Part shown: positions 57,976 through 64,000 of the stretch, one piece after another
Layout: each line of letters opens with the position of its first letter
How positions within the stretch are numbered: the stretch's first letter is position 1
Source: Candidatus Krumholzibacteriota bacterium
GTDB taxonomy: Bacteria; Krumholzibacteriota; Krumholzibacteriia; JAJRXK01
Assembly: GCA_024276305.1 (NCBI GenBank)
Contig: JAJRXK010000019.1
Span: forward strand, 43,294 to 107,293
Direction of reading: 5' to 3'
Length of the DNA stretch: 64,000 bases
Translations under genes and position numbers: made by a program
The notes under the pieces: model-generated
Database searches by the model: none
Seen by the model: only the letters and a program-made list of their open reading frames with translations
What the model was told of the DNA's origin: nothing

Positions 57976-60645
57976 GTGAGCCAGCAAGTGTACTTCTTTG
58001 GGGAAGGGCGTGCCGACGGCAACGCCGAGATGCGGAATCTTCTTGGTGGCAAGGGTGCCAATTTGGCCGAGATGACAAACCTCGGTCTTCCCGTGCCCCC
58101 GGGATTCACCATCGGCACCGATGTCTGCACGTCCTACTACGATCAGGGCGGCGATCATCTGCCCGAAGGCCTCGAGGAGGCGTGCCGCACCGCGGTGGCG
58201 CGGGTGGAGAAGATTCTGGGGCATCGTTTCGGCGACAGGGAGCACCCCCTGCTCTTTTCCGTGCGTTCCGGCGCAAGAGTGAGTATGCCGGGGATGATGG
58301 ACACGGTTCTCAATCTGGGACTCAACGACGAGACCGTCGAGGGCATGGCCTCGGCCACCGGCAACCCACGATTCGCCTATGACAGTTATCGACGCTTCAT
58401 CCAGATGTTCGGCAATGTGGTGCTCGATGTCGACGGTGCGCGCTTCGAGCATGCCCTCGACGCCATGAAGGCCGCGCGAGGAACCACCCAGGACACCGAT
58501 CTCGAGGCGGATGATCTGCGGGAATTGATCGGCCAGTACAAGGCCATCGTGCGCGAAGAGGCCGGACGCGACTTTCCCCAGGATCCGTGGCAGCAGCTCT
58601 GGGATGCAGTGATGGCGGTGTTCCGGAGTTGGAACAACGACCGCGCGATACACTACCGGGCGATGCACGGCTATGCCGACGAGTGGGGCACTGCGGTCAA
58701 CGTGCAGTCGATGGTCTTCGGGAACATGGGAGACGATTGCGCGACGGGCGTGGCGTTCACCAGGGATCCTTCCACGGGGGAGAACCTCTTCTACGGCGAG
58801 TACCTCATCAACGCTCAGGGCGAGGACGTGGTGGCCGGAGTGCGAACTCCTCGCCCGGTGCGGGCCCAGGCCGGAGTGGATGACTCCTTGGAACAGGTGA
58901 TGCCGGAGGTCTACGCGGAGTTGATGCAGGTCGTCGAGAAGCTCGAGGACCACTATCGAGACATGCTCGATCTGGAATTCACCATCCAGAACAACAAGCT
59001 CTGGATGCTTCAAGTCCGAACTGGCAAGAGAACCGGCGTGGCGGCGGTGCGAATCGCGGTGGAGATGGTCGAGGAGGATGCCATCGACACCCGGACCGCA
59101 GTCTCCCGAGTGGAGCCCGAGCAGCTCGATCAGCTTCTGCACCCGATGATCGATCCCAAGGCGAAGGTCCAAGTGGTGGCCGAAGGCTTGCCCGCGTCAC
59201 CGGGAGCAGTGAGTGGCGCCATTGCCTTCACGGCGGAAGAAGCGGTCCAGGCCCGGGCCGAAGGGCGAGATGTGCTTCTGGTTCGGCGTGAGACCAGCCC
59301 CGAGGACATCGCGGGGATGGAAGCCGCGGTGGGGATTCTGACCCAGCGTGGGGGCATGACCTCTCATGCCGCGGTGGTGGCCCGGGGGATGGGAAAGTGT
59401 TGTGTGGCAGGGTGCGGTCAATTGCAGATCGATGAAGCGGGTGGAAGTCTGAAGATCGGCGACCGGATCTACACTCGGAACGATCACCTGACGCTGAACG
59501 GTTCGACCGGCCAGGTCATCGAGGGCGAGGTTCCCACTCTGCCTCCGAGCCTCGACGACAATTTTCGCAAGCTGATGGAGTGGGCCAACGAGTTCCGATC
59601 TCTCAACGTTCGGACCAATGCCGACACCCCCGCGGACAGCGAGCTGGCCCGGAGTTTTGGCGCCGAGGGGATCGGTCTCTGCCGGACCGAGCACATGTTC
59701 TTCGGGGAGGAGCGGATTGCGGCGGTTCGAGAGATGATCGTCTCTCGCACCGAGGATCAGAGGGAGAAGGCTCTGGCCAAGCTCCTTCCCTTCCAGATGG
59801 AGGATTTCGAAGGGATTTTCACCGCAATGACCGGGTTGCCGGTGACGGTGCGACTCCTCGATCCGCCCCTGCACGAATTCCTTCCCCATGATGCGGCAGA
59901 GATCGACCGGCTGGCGATGGAGCTCGGAGTCGAGAAGTCCGAGATGCATGCCATCGTCGAGAGCCTGGCCGAGTTCAACCCGATGCTGGGGCATCGCGGT
60001 TGCCGCCTGGGGGTCACCTATCCCGAGATCTACTCGATGCAGGCCGAGGCCATCATTCGTGCCGCTTGCAGGGTGAAGAAGGCGGGGCACGACCCCCGGC
60101 CCGAGATCATGATCCCGTTGGTCGGCATCGACAACGAGCTCGATCGGATGCGGGCGGTGGTGCAGGCGAAGGCCGAGCAAATCCTGGCCGAGGAGGGAGT
60201 CAAGGTCGACTATCTCGTCGGAACCATGATCGAGATTCCTCGGGCCTGTGTGACCGCGGACGAGATCGCCAAGAAGGCCGATTTCTTCAGCTTCGGAACG
60301 AATGACCTCACACAGATGGGCTTCGGCTTCAGCCGAGACGATGCCGGGAGTTTCCTTCCCAGCTACGTCAGTGGGGGGATTTTGCCGAGCGATCCCTTCC
60401 AGAGTCTGGATCAGAATGGCATCGGGAAGTTGATCGAGATGGCCATCGAGCTCGGAAGGGCCGAGAATGCCCATCTGCACCTGGGAGTGTGCGGGGAACA
60501 CGGAGGAGATCCGGATTCGGTACATTTCTTCCACCGGGCCGGATTGGACTATGTGAGCTGCTCGCCATATCGCGTGCCGATCGCCATTCTGGCTGCCGCG
60601 CAAGCGGCACTGGCGGACTCTGCGAGTGCAGTGGCCACCGCCTGA
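57976..60645 (+). CDS. ppdK: Pyruvate, phosphate dikinase
   Basis: LGGKGANLAEM, SMPGMMDT, GGMTSHAAVVARG, GLCRTEHM, FSFGTNDL and CGEHGG motifs. Confidence 0.98.
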   Translation: MSQQVYFFGEGRADGNAEMRNLLGGKGANLAEMTNLGLPVPPGFTIGTDVCTSYYDQGGDHLPEGLEEACRTAVARVEKILGHRFGDREHPLLFSVRSGARVSMPGMMDTVLNLGLNDETVEGMASATGNPRFAYDSYRRFIQMFGNVVLDVDGARFEHALDAMKAARGTTQDTDLEADDLRELIGQYKAIVREEAGRDFPQDPWQQLWDAVMAVFRSWNNDRAIHYRAMHGYADEWGTAVNVQSMVFGNMGDDCATGVAFTRDPSTGENLFYGEYLINAQGEDVVAGVRTPRPVRAQAGVDDSLEQVMPEVYAELMQVVEKLEDHYRDMLDLEFTIQNNKLWMLQVRTGKRTGVAAVRIAVEMVEEDAIDTRTAVSRVEPEQLDQLLHPMIDPKAKVQVVAEGLPASPGAVSGAIAFTAEEAVQARAEGRDVLLVRRETSPEDIAGMEAAVGILTQRGGMTSHAAVVARGMGKCCVAGCGQLQIDEAGGSLKIGDRIYTRNDHLTLNGSTGQVIEGEVPTLPPSLDDNFRKLMEWANEFRSLNVRTNADTPADSELARSFGAEGIGLCRTEHMFFGEERIAAVREMIVSRTEDQREKALAKLLPFQMEDFEGIFTAMTGLPVTVRLLDPPLHEFLPHDAAEIDRLAMELGVEKSEMHAIVESLAEFNPMLGHRGCRLGVTYPEIYSMQAEAIIRAACRVKKAGHDPRPEIMIPLVGIDNELDRMRAVVQAKAEQILAEEGVKVDYLVGTMIEIPRACVTADEIAKKADFFSFGTNDLTQMGFGFSRDDAGSFLPSYVSGGILPSDPFQSLDQNGIGKLIEMAIELGRAENAHLHLGVCGEHGGDPDSVHFFHRAGLDYVSCSPYRVPIAILAAAQAALADSASAVATA

Positions 60646-60669
60646 GGATTCCCGCTGGGAGGTAGACCC

Positions 60670-61185
60670 GTGGATCTGCGTGGACGCATCGAACTCTTCG
60701 GAGTGGCCAATATCTTTCAGCTCCTGCATCAGGCAGAGGCGACGGGAAAGTTGGTGCTCGAGGCGCAGGGGGAGAGCGCTCGGGTCTACTTCCACCAGGG
60801 AATGCTCATCTATGCGCGGACCGACGCGGAGGTCGAACGCATCGGGGAACTGTTGGTTCGGATCGGGGCCCTCGAACCCACCCAGCTCGAGGGCGCCCGG
60901 ATCAAGGCAGATCGTCTGGGACAGCGCATTGGAGCCGTACTCGTCGAATCGGGAAGTGTGCAACACTCCGATCTGGTGACTGCGATTCGCGAGCAGATCA
61001 AGTCAGTGGTCTACCGTCTGGTTCGTATCCAGAACGGGTTCTTCACCTTCCACGCTCAGGTGTATCCCGAGAACGAGGACATCCTTCTCGACGTCGGTCT
61101 GGACATGCTCCTCCTCGAGGGTTTTCGTCAGCTCGACGAATTGGAGTACCGGGAGAGTTCGGGGCCTGTCTCCACCGACTCCTAG
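60670..61185 (+). CDS. DUF4388 (PatA N-terminal-like) domain protein
   Basis: LRGRIE.F...IFQLL....TG.L..VYF..G..IYA..G.F.F..LLLEG..LDE pattern. Confidence 0.8.
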   Translation: MDLRGRIELFGVANIFQLLHQAEATGKLVLEAQGESARVYFHQGMLIYARTDAEVERIGELLVRIGALEPTQLEGARIKADRLGQRIGAVLVESGSVQHSDLVTAIREQIKSVVYRLVRIQNGFFTFHAQVYPENEDILLDVGLDMLLLEGFRQLDELEYRESSGPVSTDS

Positions 61186-61308
61186 AGATTCCCCTTCCTA
61201 TTGGATCAGGGCTTGCAAAGGGCACCGCGGGCAGGTCCGCGGAGCCGGAGCCTCCCCCTGAGGAGCCGTCGTGGCCCTTGGAGTGGCGTGCTTAGGAAGG
61301 AATTTCCC

Positions 61309-61668
61309 ATGGATGGAATTTCGATCCAGGCCCAGAGCCCGGGTGATGCTCCTCATCGCTGCGTTCTGAAGGTTCATGGATACGTCGACACTTCCACTGC
61401 GAACGAGCTCCAATCGGCGCTGGAAGATCATCTGCAACAGGGCCACCACGACCTCTTGGTGGATCTTGCGGACGTGGACTACGTCAGCTCCGCGGGATGG
61501 GGGATCTTCATCAACATCGTGCGCAGCGCACGAGAGGCGGGCGGGGATCTCTGTCTGATCGGCATGCAGCCCGAAGTACAGGAAGTCTTCGAATTATTGG
61601 AGTTCCGGAGCATTCTGGACTCTTACCCGACCATCGAGGACGCGCTCGAGCTGTCGAGTCTGCACTGA
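61309..61668 (+). CDS. STAS-domain anti-sigma factor antagonist
   Basis: G.VD..T..L, VDLADVDYVSSAGWG and GGDL..V.EVFELL motifs. Confidence 0.9.
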   Translation: MDGISIQAQSPGDAPHRCVLKVHGYVDTSTANELQSALEDHLQQGHHDLLVDLADVDYVSSAGWGIFINIVRSAREAGGDLCLIGMQPEVQEVFELLEFRSILDSYPTIEDALELSSLH

Positions 61669-61745
61669 GACCGGGTTGGCGGGCGGAACGCTGGCGTGGG
61701 GAAGCGCGTAGGGGTATTCTGGCCCTCCCCGCACCGCGGAGTCTC

Positions 61746-63974
61746 ATGTCCACTCAGTTCTGGCACTTGTCTCCTGGAGGCCTTGGCCTGCGACCCCTCG
61801 ATCCGGGCGCGGTCGTCCTCTGGATTGCGGTCGCCCTCTGCGCGGTCTGGGTCGCCCGGCGCACCTACCAGGCCACCGTGCCGAGCTTGGCGCCGCGGCG
61901 CCGACGACTCCTCGTCCTGCTCCGGGCGGGGTCCTTGGTGCTCCTCCTCTTTCTGCTCCTCGAGCCCAGACTCGTGTCCCATCGCGAGACGGTCGTGGAT
62001 CCCACCCTCCTCCTACTGGTGGACGACAGCGCGAGCATGGCGATCGTCGACGAAGAGGAGGGCTCTCGCCTGGAGGCGGCGCGTCTGCGTTCGGCTCGGG
62101 TGGAAAATGCATTGCGCACCCGCTTCCCTTCGGTCCGGATCCGGCGAGCGGCCGGATCGAGGCGGGTGCGGGTTGCGGGCCCGTGGGACTTCGACGCGGC
62201 CCGGGGGGAGGGGACCGATCTTCGGAGTCTCTTGGTGTCGGCCCAACAACGCCACCTCGACGACAATCTGCGGGGCATCGTCCTCTTCAGCGACGGTCGG
62301 AATACGGGTCGTGCCGGTGGAGGACGGGGAGTGGACCTGCCGATCTTCGCCGTCGCCCTCGGTGACAGCGCGGGAAGCAGCGACCTGCGCCTCGACCGCC
62401 TACGCCATCCGGCAGTGGTACGTCGGGGGGATCGCCTCGAGATCCGAGGGGAAGTCGTGGTGCAGTCGGCGCAGCCGGGTTCGACGCGGGTCGAGATCCG
62501 GCGGGAAGGGGAGCTTCTCGATGCCCAAGATCTGTCCTGGGTCCCGGGCACCGGACGCCAACCGTTCCATTTCGTAGTCGAAGCCGACAGCTTGGGATGG
62601 CAGCGCCTCGAGGTGGTGGTGGAGCCGGTGGCGGGGGAGATCCTGACCCAGAACAACCGTCTCCAAGTTGCCTACGAAGTCCAGAAGGACCGCCTGCGAG
62701 TCCTCTTCTACGCCCTCCAGCCTTCCTGGGACACGCATTTTCTGCGGCGAGTGGCGCAGCGTGATCCGCGCTTCGACTTCCTGGTGGCCTACCGCGGAGC
62801 CGATGGAATGAGGGTTGCGGCGGCCGGAAGCACTCTGGTCTGGCCTCTCGGAACGCAGGAAGTCGAAGACGTGGATCTCTTCGTGGCCGCATCCCTTTCG
62901 GATTATGCGCGGCTTTCGCAGGAGGTCCCGCTCTCGCAATTGGTGGAAGCCGGGAGCGGACTCTGGGTCCTGGGTGCGAATGCGGTCGGGCCCGGACTCC
63001 CACGCCTTTCCGAAGGCCAGTCGGCCCTTCTGCCTCTGCGCCCCCGAGGAAGGTGGAGATGGACCACCGGGGAGTACCGGGCCGAAGTCGCGGTCGAGGG
63101 GAGGAGCAGCCCGCTTCTGGAGTGGCCGCCTTCGGTGGGAGAGGTGGATGCGCGTTTGGCCAAGCTCCCGCCGATGGACCGGGCTCTGGGTCCCCTGGAT
63201 CCGGCCCCCGACGCAGAGGTGGTCCTGCAGATGCGCAGCGGCCCCTGGACTCAGCCCCTTCTGGCATTGAGGACCGAAGGACAGGGAAGAATCGCCATGT
63301 GGTCGGCGGCTCCGCTGTGGCCATGGTCCTTCTGGCGTCTGGGCCAGGGAGACAACGAAGAACTCTTTGCGGTGTTGATGCAGAATCTCATGGCCCAGCT
63401 CGCCGAGGGATCGTCCCGCGATCGGCTCCGCCTCCAACTCCCGGCGCGAGTGATTGCGGTGGGGAGTGATGCGCTGGTGCGGGCCACGGTCCTCGATGCC
63501 CAATTCCGTCCGGACTCGGAGAGGGAGCTCTGGCTCGAATGGATCCGTGCGGATGCGACCGACACCACTGCGGTACAACGCCTGCCCATGCGCCTCGATC
63601 CCGATGCGCCGGGGGGGCGCGTCCAGGCTCTGCCGACCCTCTCTCCGGGCGACTATCGGCTCCGGGTGGTGGCCGAGACGGAGCAGGGACCGCAGGTGGG
63701 AGCCTGGTCCCCTCTCACGGTCGATGCCTACTCGGTCGAGTATCGTGATCCCCGTCCCGATGTGGCGGGTTTGCGCGCTCTGACCGAGAGCAGTGGCGGG
63801 CGATTGCTGAAGCGTCCGGAGGATCTCCGGTGGGTCGAGGAATTGGATCTCTCCCCTCGACGAGATGTGAAACTGAGCCGCCTCGACCTCTGGTCGAGCT
63901 GGTGGGCCTTGGTGCCCTTCCTCCTCCTGGTGGGAGGAGAGTGGACTCTGCGCCGGCGGTGGGGGCTTCTCTGA
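61746..63974 (+). CDS. Membrane-anchored VWA-like / glutamine amidotransferase-like protein
   Basis: N-terminal TMs, LLVDDSASM, GTDL, LFSDG, QNN Ig motif and C-terminal EWTLRRRWGL. Confidence 0.8.
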   Translation: MSTQFWHLSPGGLGLRPLDPGAVVLWIAVALCAVWVARRTYQATVPSLAPRRRRLLVLLRAGSLVLLLFLLLEPRLVSHRETVVDPTLLLLVDDSASMAIVDEEEGSRLEAARLRSARVENALRTRFPSVRIRRAAGSRRVRVAGPWDFDAARGEGTDLRSLLVSAQQRHLDDNLRGIVLFSDGRNTGRAGGGRGVDLPIFAVALGDSAGSSDLRLDRLRHPAVVRRGDRLEIRGEVVVQSAQPGSTRVEIRREGELLDAQDLSWVPGTGRQPFHFVVEADSLGWQRLEVVVEPVAGEILTQNNRLQVAYEVQKDRLRVLFYALQPSWDTHFLRRVAQRDPRFDFLVAYRGADGMRVAAAGSTLVWPLGTQEVEDVDLFVAASLSDYARLSQEVPLSQLVEAGSGLWVLGANAVGPGLPRLSEGQSALLPLRPRGRWRWTTGEYRAEVAVEGRSSPLLEWPPSVGEVDARLAKLPPMDRALGPLDPAPDAEVVLQMRSGPWTQPLLALRTEGQGRIAMWSAAPLWPWSFWRLGQGDNEELFAVLMQNLMAQLAEGSSRDRLRLQLPARVIAVGSDALVRATVLDAQFRPDSERELWLEWIRADATDTTAVQRLPMRLDPDAPGGRVQALPTLSPGDYRLRVVAETEQGPQVGAWSPLTVDAYSVEYRDPRPDVAGLRALTESSGGRLLKRPEDLRWVEELDLSPRRDVKLSRLDLWSSWWALVPFLLLVGGEWTLRRRWGLL

Positions 63975-64000
63975 TTCAGGAGCCCCGGCCTTCTCCCCGG

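Overview
GC-rich (about 65% by eye) bacterial chromosomal segment. Gene content points to a diderm of the FCB superphylum, probably a Krumholzibacteriota/Latescibacterota/Eisenbacteria-like lineage (inference from FlgD-Ig/T9SS-like C-terminal domains, PorV and LpxH). Housekeeping genes include eno, an ftsB-like gene, tRNA-fMet, rlmN, lpxH, an htrA/degP-like protease, a sigma70 factor, aspS, the phoH-HD-ybeY-corC-mgtE-recO-glyQS run and ppdK, interspersed with many secreted proteins and lipoproteins. The most interesting locus is 13.5-21 kb. A small secreted pro-peptide gene with a structured leader sits directly upstream of a cytoplasmic TPR-GAF-like-AAA+-HTH sigma54 activator. This is followed by a sigma54 promoter that appears to drive a ~370-nt structured non-coding transcript, and by a second sigma54 promoter ahead of a secreted gene pair. 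Together these suggest a candidate RRNPP-like peptide-signalling circuit wired to sigma54. Other notable items: a SelW/Rdx selenoprotein missed by the ORF track (CGVU, UGA plus SECIS-like hairpin), an M6-like protease homolog lacking both zinc-binding His residues, an amber stop in the rlmN MGMGE motif and a frameshifted DJ-1 gene. No CRISPR array or mobile element was seen. All family calls come from motif recognition by eye; no searches were run.
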